A DNA stretch of 64,000 nt from Guillardia theta CCMP2712. Its lineage: Eukaryota > Protista > Cryptophyta. Below, in pieces: positions 45,662 through 57,567 of this stretch (within the stretch, counting starts at the first letter, position 1; every line of letters starts with the position of its first letter). The DNA lies in contig NW_005434672.1 in assembly GCF_000315625.1 (NCBI RefSeq), positions 837,374-901,373 on the forward strand, read 5' to 3'. The notes beneath the pieces were generated by a model. The model was not told the origin of the DNA, ran no database searches, and saw only the letters and a list, made by a program, of their open reading frames with translations. Both the position numbers and the translations under genes were made by a program.

Positions 45662-48600
45662 ATGCGGCTTCTGGGCCATTTTTGCGCTTTGCGAACGCTT
45701 CGATGTGTTGCTTCCAGTCGTGTGAGTCGGCGGTCTGGGATGAAAACGTGGGATGATGTTGAGGCCTCTTGCAGTTTCAAAGACGGCAGTTCAACATCAA
45801 GAGCTGGAGTCAGAGGCTCGCTGCAAGGTTGGCCACACTGCGCTTGTGAAGACCTTCTTGCCTGAGGTTGTGCTTGCCGCAGCTTTCATAAGCCACTGCC
45901 GCCTCCTGTAGCAAGGTGATCAATCATTCAGCGCATTGTTGATGAATTCCTGCTCATCTGAGAGCAGGAGAGACCAGTCCGAGGATCCATACGGCTGGTT
46001 GAGGCATGGCGACATGGCTATGATCCGTCGCCACCTCGACCGAGGTCAGATGCCGGAGCGCGATGCTGGGAGGGCTCCCTTACTTGCCGTCCTTCAGAGA
46101 ATGAATATGCAGAGAACTTCTTGATGAAGGGGAGGCACATCGAGCAGGTCTGTTGTGCCCTGCGGCTGTACCTGTCTGAATGCTCTTGGCCTCCCAAGGT
46201 GTTGCTAGACGAGATGGAATCTCGGGTTGAATCGGAACACAGCAGCCCGCCGGAGAAGATCGGAAGTTGGTGATATCTTCCTGTGTCCATCTTCTCATCA
46301 TTCCTGATCCCCCGTGCAAGGTACTACTACATGCGGACCACAGACACCAGTGCGTTCCAGATCTACTGCAGGTAGAGTCTTCAGGAGCGGAAGGGGAGCC
46401 ATCTCGGTGACGAATGCATGGAAGACGAAGTGTCAGCGATCCTGAGGTTGAGCAGATTGTCCTTGATCAGGTAGGAGATGAGATCCGTTGGGACTTGTGG
46501 CTTCCAGTCTTGACTGCAACGATCCTTCTGGTGGCAGGACGCGATCTCCCGTAACGTCCCATACCTGTCTGTGCCGATCTGCAAGGTAGCCAGCTACGAG
46601 AGGAAGTGAACTACGAGGAAGCGAGGAAGCGCTGCTGTGGCGCTGGGTGAGGTGATGCTGTGCGAACCAGGTCTCCCCTTGTCATCGCTACTTGGCATAC
46701 ACAGCCGACATGACGGGGAACGAGCGATACCTGGGTAGGCTCGTGAACCCGGAGATTGTGGGGGAGGCGGGAAGGAGGGCGGGAACTACAGCTCGTAAAA
46801 CGAGGAAGGGGGAGGGGGGGGGGGGGCAGCACGTGATCCTGTACGCCTAGGGTTTGTCAAGGACATCGAGACGGGGGAGATCCTTTTCAAGGTCGACAAC
46901 GTGACGTCGATGGAATGGGCGAAGGACGGAGAGACGATCCTCTACACTCAGGTGCTGTGAGCTGAGCCTGTCGACGCAGCAAGTCACAGTACGTCTGCTG
47001 ACACCACTGGTGCAGCCAAACCATCATCGACGCCCGTGAGTTTCTTGCTCTGAGGACGATGAGATGGCAGAGTCGGTTGTGGTGTGTTTGAGATGAGCCC
47101 TCAGGTACAAAGTTTGGCGGCAGAGCTTGAAAGGTGGACCAGCGGCAAACTCTACTTCAAAACACACACACTCACTTGCTGCAGATCCAACGAGGAGAGA
47201 GAAGATTTTGGAGGAACGCAACAGCGCGTTTTACATGGATGTTGGAATGACTAAGGTCCGTCCCCTCCGTCCCAAGGCTTTCCTTCCCTTACACCTTCCT
47301 CGTCCCTTCTTCTCCTCCCTCCTCCTCTTGTCCACCCCTACTCCCTCCTCCTCTTCTTATCCTCTCGTTCATCTCCCGGCCACCGTTTGTTTTTGATCTC
47401 ATCTTGACTGTGCAGGACATGGCATACATCACCATCTCGTTGAACTCCAAGACAAGCTCTGAGGTCTGGAGAGGACAGTCGGAGCGAGAGCAACTTGAGA
47501 CCAGCTGACAGGTGCGCATCCTCCCGACCTCGCATCCCTGGAAGGAACCGATCCTCATCGAGCCTCGACGAGAGGTAAGAGCATGAGGTGCAACGTCTGC
47601 CTCCTGTCTCAACCCCAACAAGGGACTGGAGTACTTCGTCGAGCACATGCACGGGGCCCTCGTTCTGGTCACCAACGGTCTGAACCCCCGCCAATCTCCT
47701 TCTGCCGCCCCACTCAAGCCGATGGCCTTCCAGATGGATCCGAAGATTACAAGCTTGTGCAAGTCGATCCTGTCCTGCCGGGCAGGGCAAACTGGACCGA
47801 CTTCTACGTCCCCGAGGACGGATGGTAAAGATGCTTGTCCTGCGACCCCCCCCTCAGACACTGAGGGGAACTCAACGCAGCAGAATCCAGGACATCGACG
47901 TCTTCGAGGATCACATAGCAGTCTACGAGCGCACAATGAGAGGTTGAGCACGACTTTGCTTCCACTCCCGCACCTTGTGACATGCTCCCCCCACAGGGCA
48001 GCGGGTGCGGATCCTCGACATCCTCCGACCAGGTCCCTCCTGCCTGCTCCTCCCTCCTCCTCCCTCACCGTCTCCTCCTCTCAGCCGGGCAGCGAGCGCA
48101 AGGCCTTGTGCAAAGGACTAACTCGTGCGGCTTTCCGCACTTGGCGGCCCCTCAGCTGTCCTCCAGCTTCAAGGTGAGCTCCGTGCATCCCTCGACATGC
48201 TCTTTGACGTGCTGGGTCAGCCCATACAGCTGGGGGGATCGGAGGTTGTACAGTTCCCCGTCCCCGACTGCGGCACGGCCGTCCGGCCAGGAGCCAACTG
48301 CGACTATGCTGGCAAGACGCTCAGAGTCTCAGTGTCGAGTCCTCTCGTCCCCTGGAAGGAGTTCGACGTCTCCCTCGCCGACAGGACTCTCTCCCTCCTC
48401 CAGGAACAGGTCTGCCCCGGCCTGCCTGCTGGATGGCAGGAGGGGTACGACTGCAAGCTCGAGCTCGCCGAGTCATGGGACGGGGTGCAGGTGCCGATGA
48501 CGGTGATACGAAGGAAGGGGCTGCCTGAGGACGGAAGCTCACCCACCCTCGCGTTCGTCTACGGCAGCTACGGGCAGTGCCTGGCCACGGAGTTCGACGT

Positions 48601-49252
48601 GGGAAGGATCAGCCTGCTGGAAAGGGGCTGGGCCATCGTGCTGTGCCATGTTCGCGGGGGCGGAGAGCTGGGGTCGAGGTGGCACCGGGAGGGGAGGGGG
48701 ATGAAGAAGCTCAACGGTTTCAAAGACCTCTTCGCCTGCATGACCTGGATCGGTCGGAGGCTCTCGAGGCCCGGACTGATCGCTCTGCACGGGACGAGCG
48801 CAGGGGGGCTGCTGGTGTCCGGGTACACGAACCTGTACCCGGGGACCGTGGGGGCGGTAGTGGCCAAAGTTCCGTTCGTGGACATTGGGAGCACGATGAG
48901 GGACGAGGACCTGTCGCTGACGGTGCACGAGTACGATGAGTGGGGAGACATGAGGAGGACGGAGGTGGCGGACTACGTGGACAGCTACTGCCCGTACCGC
49001 AACGTGAGCGGCGTCAGGTACCCTCCCATCTACCTCACGGCCGCGCTCAACGACACGAGGGTGGGGTACTGGGAGCCGGCCAAGTGGGCGGCGAAGGTGA
49101 GGCATGAAGGAGGGGAGGGGAGCGGGCCGGTGCTGCTGCAGACGGCGTTCGAGGGAGGACACTTCGGGACAGGGGGGAAGACTGGGTACCTGCAAGACCA
49201 GGCGAGGGAAGCCGCGTTCCTGTACCTTGCGCTGGGGTTGAAGTTTGATTGA
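45662..49252 (+). CDS. Oligopeptidase B / protease II (S9A serine peptidase), multi-exon; Arg-rich N-terminus suggests mitochondrial targeting
   Basis: EDPYGWLR, YGSYG, HVRGGGELG, KKLNGFKD, catalytic GTSAGG (Ser), NDTRVGYWEPAKW (Asp), GGHFG (His). Confidence 0.9.
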
Positions 49253-49567
49253 GGAGGAGGAGGAGGAGGAGGAGGAAGCTTTTATATGGAGTCCTCAAGT
49301 AAATGTGTAGTGGTGGTGACACTCTGAAGAGGTCAGAGGCCTGAGCAGGAAGCGGCAGAAATCTCAATGGGAAGGAGGAGCAGAGCAGAAGACGTGGACG
49401 GAGTGAAGGAGGTGAGGGGAAAGACGAGTGAGGGGGAGCAAGGAGGAGGCTGGTTGGGGATCAACGCGAAAGCGGTAGAGGTGGGAGTGAAGGGGAAGAG
49501 TTGAGGGGGGGAAAGCAGATTGTCCGCAGGGGTCTGTGGAGAATACTTCAAGATTTTAGTCAGGCGA

Positions 49568-49623
49568 ATGAGGAGGAGGAGGAGGAGGAGGAGGAGGAAG
49601 AGGAGGAGGAGGAGGAGGAGGAG
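49568..49623 (+). repeat. (GAG)n microsatellite between convergent genes
   Basis: Directly visible. Confidence 0.9.
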
Positions 49624-49651
49624 CTATCAAACAATAAGGGAGAGGGTGCGA

Positions 49652-50503
49652 TTAGTGAAGGGTGGAGGCGAGGATGAGCTCTAGACTTCCTTGCAGCGCG
49701 ACCAAGTTGGCGTCCATCATAAGCTGCCGCAAGAGAGAGTGAGGATGAGGCATGGTAGGAGGGAGGAGAAGAGAGGAAGGAGGGGAAGAGAGGAAGGAGG
49801 AGGAGAGCCTGTGGAGAGGTGCAGAGCGCAAAGAGGGGGCGCGAGAGGTATTGGAGCCTTCGAGGAGGAAATGCGAGAGGAGGACGAGAGAGTAGAATGA
49901 CAAGGGAGCGGAGAAGAGGGAGGGAAGGGAGGGAAGAACAGAGGAAGAGACGGAGTGAGGAGGAGGAGGAGGAGACAGGAGGAGACAGGAGGAGACAGGA
50001 GGAGACAGGAGACAGGAGGAGAGAGCGAGGCAACGCAAGTACCTGCTCATGCACGCGCATCCTGATCTTCCAGAGAAGTTCGTCGACAGCCTCCGATCTG
50101 CCAATGATGACCTGGAGCAGTGGAGTGAGAAGAGCTGCTGAGTGAAGAGAAGAGAGCGGTTGAGAGCAAGAGAAGTTCACACCGTGTACAACTCGAGGAT
50201 GGTGTTGCTGACGTCAGTGAGCAGCGAGGTGTAAGTCTGGACGGAGATGTACTTGCAGATGAACTTCAAGATGGGGATGAGGGTGGTGTCGTCCCTCCCG
50301 GAGAGAGCGATGCGAGCGCAGTCTCTGACGTAGAGCTCGTGGAGGAGACTTGCGATGATCTGAGAGGAGAGACGGTCAGAAAGGGTTCTTGCAGACGTGT
50401 TGCGATCACAAACAAGAACATTGTCGTCATTGTGCCCTCCATCGTCAACAACAATGTCAATGTCAATGTCGACATCGGTATCAACATAAGCAGAGGCATC
50501 ATT

Positions 50504-50552
<49 letters not shown>

Positions 50553-50599
50553 CCATCATCATCACCATCTCCAACTCCATCATCACCACCACCACCACC

Positions 50600-50631
<32 letters not shown>

Positions 50632-52701
50632 CCATAACAATAACAATAACAATAACAACCATAACCACAAACACCAACACACTTTTTTAAGAAGAAAGAA
50701 AGAACATAACAACAGAACACAAACCACAGCACCAGCACGCTTTCTGCACTTCTCTTACAAGTGGGTTCGTCGTCCTCAGAGCTGCATCCAGCGCGGTCCC
50801 GTATGGAAACTTCTTCAACTGTTGGCAGATCAAGTCNNNNNNNNNNNNNNNNNNNNNNNNNNNNNNNNNNNNNNNNNNNNNNNNNNNNNNNNNNNNNNNN
50901 NNNNNNNNNNNNNNNNNNNNNNNNNNNNNNNNNNNNCCACCATCTTGTCGTAGGGAGCCAGCTTCTGCTTCCGAATCCTCTCCACACGGAAGTCGTCCTC
51001 CTCGTTGGCCTTGTCGTACTGCCCACGGATGAAGTACTGGAAGGTCCCTCCCCGTGGGTTCTTCTTGGCTGCCGGCTGGGTGAGAGGAGAGGACGGGACT
51101 TGCGTCGAACTCACCTTTGACCTTTGACAACTTCTCCTCCTCCGTCGGACGAGACCGGACGTTCAGCAGGCCGTTCGCCATGCCCACAGCGATCGTGCTA
51201 GGAGAAAGTGAGGGTGCCTTTGTAGACAAGGGGAGAGGCTGGGAGGAGGACGGAGGACGTGGGGATTGAGAGAGCGCAGGATACGAGGATGAGAAATCTG
51301 AATCAAGATGCGAGCAAAGGAGGGACGTTGAAGAGCATGAGCGAAATATGAGAGTCGTCATGATGAAGAGAATGCGACAAGTGAAGAACAACAATGAGAG
51401 CTCGTGCTTGTGGAGCATAAACGTTCAGCTGATCTTTCATGAGTGATGAAGGAGCGGGGAATGTTTGGTCGTATCACGTCAGGCTCACCTCTGATTTTGA
51501 CTGAAGCCGAGCGACAAGATGGGCTGTTGGTAGTCAAGACTGTAACGAACTCTGTACTCCTGCAGCACCGTGATCAAAACTTCAACCGGCCATGCATTCT
51601 TATCTCCATCATCATCATCATCATCATCTCCATCATCATCTCCATCATCATCTCCATCATCTCCATCACATTATCATTCCAACCTGTACATCGTAGACTT
51701 TCAGATGATGGTCCAGAGAACCGGAGAGGATCCTCCCGCCGTTCTCATCGTACGCCAGGCAGGTGATGGGCTTGCTATGGTTCGCCATGGCATGTAGCAC
51801 CCGGCCTCCTGCCAGCACGTCCCACACCTTCATCACGTTCCCCCCCGCCGTAACCATCACTCCTCCTCCCGGCAGCATCAGCACCGCTTGCACTGGCCCG
51901 CCATGATCCACCGTAAGCACGCTGGCCCCCTTCCTACAGTCCCACAGCTTCACAGTGTGGTCGTAGGAGCCAGAAACGACTACGTCCTGTGAAGTCGGGC
52001 TGGTAGTGACGCAGCGAACGTGGTCCTTGTGTCCTTCAAGATTCATGGTCTCTTCTCCAGTCGCCACATCCCAGTACTTCACGACAGCGTCGTCCCCGCC
52101 TGAGATGCAATGGAGCCTGCCAGGTAGAGTCAGTCTCCTGACCCCGGTTTGCTGCCGCCGCCGTCCCTACTCTACCTCCTACTTCTCGTTTTTCCTTTGT
52201 TCTCGATCCAGACTACACATCCCCTCCTCACTTCCTCACTCCATGCATCCATCCCCTCTCCCTCCATCCATCCCTCCCTGATCTTCACCTGTCTCTGGAA
52301 AAGCCGCATGAATGCACCGGCTTCGAGTGGCCCTTTAGCATTCTGAGCATACCTCCTGACTCAACATCGAACACTTTCACTATGCGCTCCTCCCCCGCTG
52401 CGACGAGAAGTTTCCCGTCGTCTCTGAAGCTGGTGGTGTATACAATGTCCTTGAACCTGCTGATCGTCTTCTTCACTGCCTTCCCCCTTGACCCGTAGAT
52501 CTGCACTCTGGTAGAGTTGGTGACGGCAAAATCGTAGGGGGCAGCAGGAGAGAAAGCGACGCAATGCACAGCTGCATAGGCCTTGGTGACCAGGCTCGTC
52601 TTGTATCTCCTCCAGTGTCTCTGCTCGGGCGTCGAGGCCTCTGGTGCCCGCGGCGCTCGCTGCATCTCGAGCTTCCTGAAGCCATCGCCGTGTTCCGCCA
52701 T
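49652..52701 (-). CDS. UTP15: U3 snoRNA-associated WD40 protein Utp15 (multi-exon, spans an N-gap)
   Basis: PEQRHWRRYK, FSPAAPYDFAVT..TRVQIY, KKTISRFKDIVY...FRDDGKLLVA, GHKDHVR, SGSYDHTVKLWD, LSGSLDHHLKVYD, IAVGMANG, and C-terminal ALSGRDDTTLIPILKFI. Confidence 0.92.
50500..50680 (+). repeat. Compound microsatellite (CAT)n-(CAC)n-(CAA)n-(CAATAA)n in a UTP15 intron
   Basis: Directly visible. Confidence 0.9.
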
Positions 52702-52950
52702 TTCGCCCGCACGTGAAGAACTCGAACGGTACCACATCCCCGCTCCAGCCAGGTGGCCCCGCCGATAAAGGGGTCTAGTACCGGTATTTTTCCCGTAGAG
52801 ACAGAGGGTGTGTGAATGGGGAGGGGGTGGGTAAGTTTGCAGGAAATCGCAATGGCAGCCAGGCCGCCACCAGGTTTAAGGATGATTAAAGCAAAAAGCG
52901 CGATGATGACAATTGTCAAAACCTCACAGTCTATCAGGGAAATGTGAGTT

Positions 52951-54885
52951 CTATCTCATGATATCAATGGTTCGGATGTCACTATCGCGCTTTTTAATAT
53001 TTTCTACTTTTCGTATTCCTTTTTGCCGACTTGCAACCAGCAATGTCACGTAATCCCCGAAACCCTGGCATGTTACCTCCGAGTCCCCCATCCCATTGTG
53101 CTGATCTAGTATGTATTTGTCTTCTCTTGTTCTTATGTGTGTTGTTTTCAGCTTACCCGTCATTATACGATCCATTCCGTACGTTGAAAGTGTCCCGTTC
53201 GCGCAGTCGGCTGAGGACAATTCGTTTTTTCGAATGCTCGTACACAAAGGGCAGGTCAGGGTCCACTTTTTTGCATAACTCTGTGCAAGCCTAATTGAAT
53301 TTTCTCAAGAAATCTTTCTTGTTCAGATGGCCGATCAGTGACCACAGATTCTCCACGCTATACGTGCAAAGAGTCCGTGCATTGAAGTCATAGTCTCCGT
53401 CTCCAAGCATATGATTCTTTCTTACCACGTACTGCTGTACTTGAGGGTGAGTATCTGACTTCATTGGATGTATTTCTTCTGGTGTCTGACCTCGCCACAG
53501 CGTTGTTGCTTGTCATTTTTGCAACATACTTGTCATGAATTTTCTTGTAATCTTGTTCAGTCGTTGCTTTCTTTTCATTGGTTTTCTCCAAGTCTTCGTT
53601 TAACAAGCCTATGACTCGTTCCAAAAATGGATGCGGCTGTCGTTCCTTCCAAACAAAGCAGTGCCAAACGTTCCTTTTGCAGGGCAAGCCGTTCGGTCAA
53701 ATCCGTCTTTTTTTCAGTGATATCGCCCAAATCTGCGTCGCAATCTTCGAATTCTTTACAAATCCCAGCATTAATAATCGTTACATTGATTTTCTCGAAG
53801 TATTTGCAGCCTGCAGAACATGTCTTTCAATCTTTGTGTGTTTTTGAAAGCAAAGATATCGTCACTAGCAAACATCACCAATTCAGAAACCTCTGGCAAT
53901 CCAGCAGCTTGTAAAATTGAAACTGCTCTTTCGAAATTACATATGGCAGAGAATTCATGCTCTGAATTTTTCTTTTGTGCTTGATACAGAGAATCATGCT
54001 CACTCAGAATCCCTCGGATAATTTCACATCGGGTGTTGCCATCAAGGGTTCTGAACGTTTCACAAACTGTCTGAATGAATAGCTTGGAGTCTGCCTTGGT
54101 ATGCTTCTTTGGAGGACTTGGATCAACATGTTCATCCGACAATCTTGCATACCTGCAGAATGATCACACTACTGGTAGGGCAAGAAAGCAACATCTCAGA
54201 CTTACCGCAAGAAGTAATCGTGAATCGTGGATTGCAACGAATTCAAGTCTTCGAAATGTAAGGTAGACCAATGTACGATTCGGGAAAAAAGAGTTCAGTG
54301 CTTCTTGTGCATGTTTTCAACTTGTGTACGAAGTCGATTCAAACGTTCTTACATTGCAGTTGGTCCTGCATGTAGGTTTCTAGATGATTGTTTTTCGAAA
54401 ACCTTCGTGTCATAGTAGAGCAAACATCTCGCAAATCCTTCTGGTGCACGTTCGTAAACATCTCCAAGGGCTTTTAGCTTGCGTTGCACTTCAAATAAAG
54501 ATACAGAATGAATACTTAACTTCACAGATGTTGAGTCGCTGAAGAGAGAAGATTGTTGTCTTCACACTCCAAAGATAAAGTTGCTGATCCTGACATTGCA
54601 AGAAATCCAAAAGCTTGAAAAAAATGGTATCATCCCACTTCGAGTGTTGAAGATACGCTTGTTATTACATCCAATCTGTTGGGTTTTGAGTGATTGTACA
54701 CACGTTGTGCATACAGGCACACCTTGCCACTTTCGAACGCTGCTCTTCTCCCTTTGTTTGTGGCATGATTGGCATGTTTTTGTCTTCCACGCCTTCGGCT
54801 TGCCCATGGTAAGGGGGATCACAGGTTTGCCCGCCAAAGATCGGATTGGAATTTTGTCATGATTCCCTGCCATGGCATGCATCAC
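52951..54885 (-). pseudogene. Fragmented lower-GC hypothetical coding region (multi-exon gene or decayed gene)
   Basis: Several consecutive minus-strand ORFs in different frames; an N-terminal CxxC...CxxC and coiled-coil-like pieces; no family recognised. Confidence 0.3.
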
Positions 54886-55751
54886 CCCCTAAAAACACTG
54901 CCATAGTGCCCCACACACACTGCATGGAGCGAAGGGGGAGGGGTATTTAACTAATTGTTTGTACGGCTTAATTCTCAAACCAGGGGTTGGCCCGTCTGTC
55001 AATTCGAACATAGTACGGTAGTTCAAAGGCTACCCCCGTGCTGGTGTGCCGCCGCCGGTCACCTCGGAAGCCAGCTCGGAAGCCTTCTGGGCGCGGCCCG
55101 TGGCCCAGGTGCCGGACTTGAACCGTCAGCCTGGCAGTGCCACCGTACCGTGGCACAGACGGTCGGACCCGGGCGATCGGATGATGACGGGCGGCGGCTG
55201 TCCGTCCGATCATCTCAGTGTCACTGACTAGCGGCTGCAGTATTGAAAGCAGTGCTCAGCGGGATGGCCCAAGTTGTGGTTACTGTGACAACGCCAAAAT
55301 TTGCAAGCCACTCCGCATGTCCTGCTTCGCTCTCTGCTTGAAGCGATGTTTGGGTTTGGTTGAGGTCTTGAGCAAAACGTCTTGAGCCTTTGCAACCCAG
55401 TGGCCCTAACGAGACGCTTGTGATGATCGGTGGCATCAAGTGAGATGAAGACGTCAGGAGGAACTACCGCACGCCCGCTGATCGTCGTCAGCTCATATGC
55501 CATCGTTCCTTCTCTGAGACCCGGCAGGGAACACAAATCATCACCAGGATCGCGTCCTTCAAAAGGCGCCGGGCACGCACCTGTGGAAGGAGGAGATATG
55601 AGGGTTTTTGACATGCGTAAGTCTGTGGAGATGACGTATTGTCAGAGTTGGTATTGGGGATGTATTTATTCCAGGCACTCTATCACATGATGCTGGGGAG
55701 GCATCCGGGGGTCGCGGATCCCCTCCTCCTTTCCTCATCGATCTCTCGGCA

Positions 55752-56819
55752 CTATCCTTGCAGTCCGGAGTTCATTGCAACTACTTGAGCGTCGCGTGTC
55801 CACCCGTACGGTGTAAGTATAAAATCGTCTTCCACATGATTCACTCTGAACTTGTAGAGATTCTCCTTTGGAACGACAAACACAACCTCCACCTTCCAAG
55901 TCCCCCCTTGCTCAATGCCCAAAGATTGCAGACAATCATACATGAACCGCAATTTAAGGTCATGGGTCTCTGCAATCGTTGCCTGTATGAAGCGCACCAA
56001 CTTGTCATTCGAGTCCACAATCACTGCATCACAGCCCCCCTGATTCCATTTCAACGGCTTCAGGCACAACCTTGCTGCCCCTTGCTTCAGAGCCTTCTCG
56101 ACTTCCCTTCCTTCAAGAGGTATTACGCCACACCTTTGCCATTCGTCGTGCTTCTCTGACTCGGCTTGATTCTCTGACCTGAGGGTGACCTCCAGCCCTG
56201 GCTCTCGTCCTATCCGAGCAAAGAACAGCATCTCAAACAAAATCCCCCGAAGAGACGGATTCCTAGTCATGTCAGGGAGCTGCTCAATCTTCCTCACAAA
56301 CGATTCTCCGAGCTTCTCTGCTAGCTCCCTGGCAACAAACCTACTGATAAAAGTCCAGTACACCTGGTTTCCGATTCGATACTTCCCATGCAGCCGATTG
56401 ACAAACCGCTTTGAACGGTCGCCCGCGTTCATTTCAAAGAGCGTCTCGTAATTAGAGACAGAGTTCATCGCTGCACAGAGATCTTGGATAGCTTGATCTG
56501 TCGTACATTCGAACATATGGCGACATGAGCCTCCAACAATCTGATACTTTGACTCGACATCTCTCGACCTTGTCTCCTCCGAGCCTTCTTCCGCATCCAA
56601 GCTCCATTCCATTACACCAGCCACACTCTTGTAGAATATTTCGTACTTAATGGCCTCCAGGTACTCCTCCAGTGTCCACGAGTACACCATCAACTCCTCT
56701 ACCTTTTCCATTCTATCTAGCTCAATCTTTTTCTTTTCTCGAGAACTCATCGACGTCGTGATCACAACCCGCCGGTTTTCCCAGTCATTGTGAAGCCAAT
56801 ACATGCATTCACTGAGCAT
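55752..56819 (-). CDS. Crinkler/RHS-type effector-like protein: distal NTPase region plus PD-(D/E)xK-like nuclease domain, apparently 5'-truncated
   Basis: Intronless. RVVITTS, YSWTLEEYLEA, KYQIVGGSCRHMF, FISRFVA, GILFEMLFF, KPLKWNQGGCDAV and FIQATIAETHDLKL follow the CRN C-terminal motif order as I recall it. Confidence 0.72.
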   Translation of the reverse strand: MLSECMYWLHNDWENRRVVITTSMSSREKKKIELDRMEKVEELMVYSWTLEEYLEAIKYEIFYKSVAGVMEWSLDAEEGSEETRSRDVESKYQIVGGSCRHMFECTTDQAIQDLCAAMNSVSNYETLFEMNAGDRSKRFVNRLHGKYRIGNQVYWTFISRFVARELAEKLGESFVRKIEQLPDMTRNPSLRGILFEMLFFARIGREPGLEVTLRSENQAESEKHDEWQRCGVIPLEGREVEKALKQGAARLCLKPLKWNQGGCDAVIVDSNDKLVRFIQATIAETHDLKLRFMYDCLQSLGIEQGGTWKVEVVFVVPKENLYKFRVNHVEDDFILTPYGWTRDAQVVAMNSGLQG

Positions 56820-57567
56820 CAGATCATGTACATCTAGTGGGTTGACAGAGGAAGTATATATGCAAGGGGATGCAAATACCTGTAGTGAAGGTAGCTTAGG
56901 GAAAAGGGTGGGTTGTCAAGATTGGAATTCCATTATAGTGGGTGGGGTGGGAAATTGAAGGTACGGTCACATCGGTTGGGTGTAGTGAGGGAGATAAGGG
57001 GGGTGGGTCAAACAATTTGTCACTCTGGGGGGTAGGGGGTTCTGGTCTCTCGTACTGTATGTTTGAGGTGGTCTCTGTACCCTATGTTTTATTATCCATT
57101 TCTGGGGTGATTGGGTACTTGAAAAACACATTGGAAGGGGTCCATCCCTCGGCATCGAATTCAGAGGGTAGAAAAAGGAAGGGGTGCTGTGGGTTCCCCA
57201 GAGTCGAAGGAAGGGGTACTGCAGGGTATCTAAAGGAAGGGCGAAATACGGAAAGGGGGGTAGCTTGCTTGCATCAAATTCAGGGGTACTAGGCTGTAGG
57301 GAGGCTCACTGGTAGGGTGGATGCATTGGGGACCACGGGGTTGGAAAGTTACTTCCCGGGTGTGCTCTGCTCTGGGTAGGTGATTTGGGATGATGAAGTA
57401 TAGGATGATGGGGGTGCTTGAGACACCACGAGTATGGATAAGAGTTCTTGAATAGGTCAGTGGCAAAAAGGGTGGGGTGGTATCATCACAAGGGGTAATC
57501 AGTGATGGTAGGGTGGTATCGGTTGAGTAAACAGGGAAGGGCCCCACGCGCCTCTCCCGCCGTCGTC

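Noticed and set aside
50177-51026. Poly-His/Asp/Met/Ile ORFs
   Set aside because: Translations of an intronic microsatellite and an N-gap.
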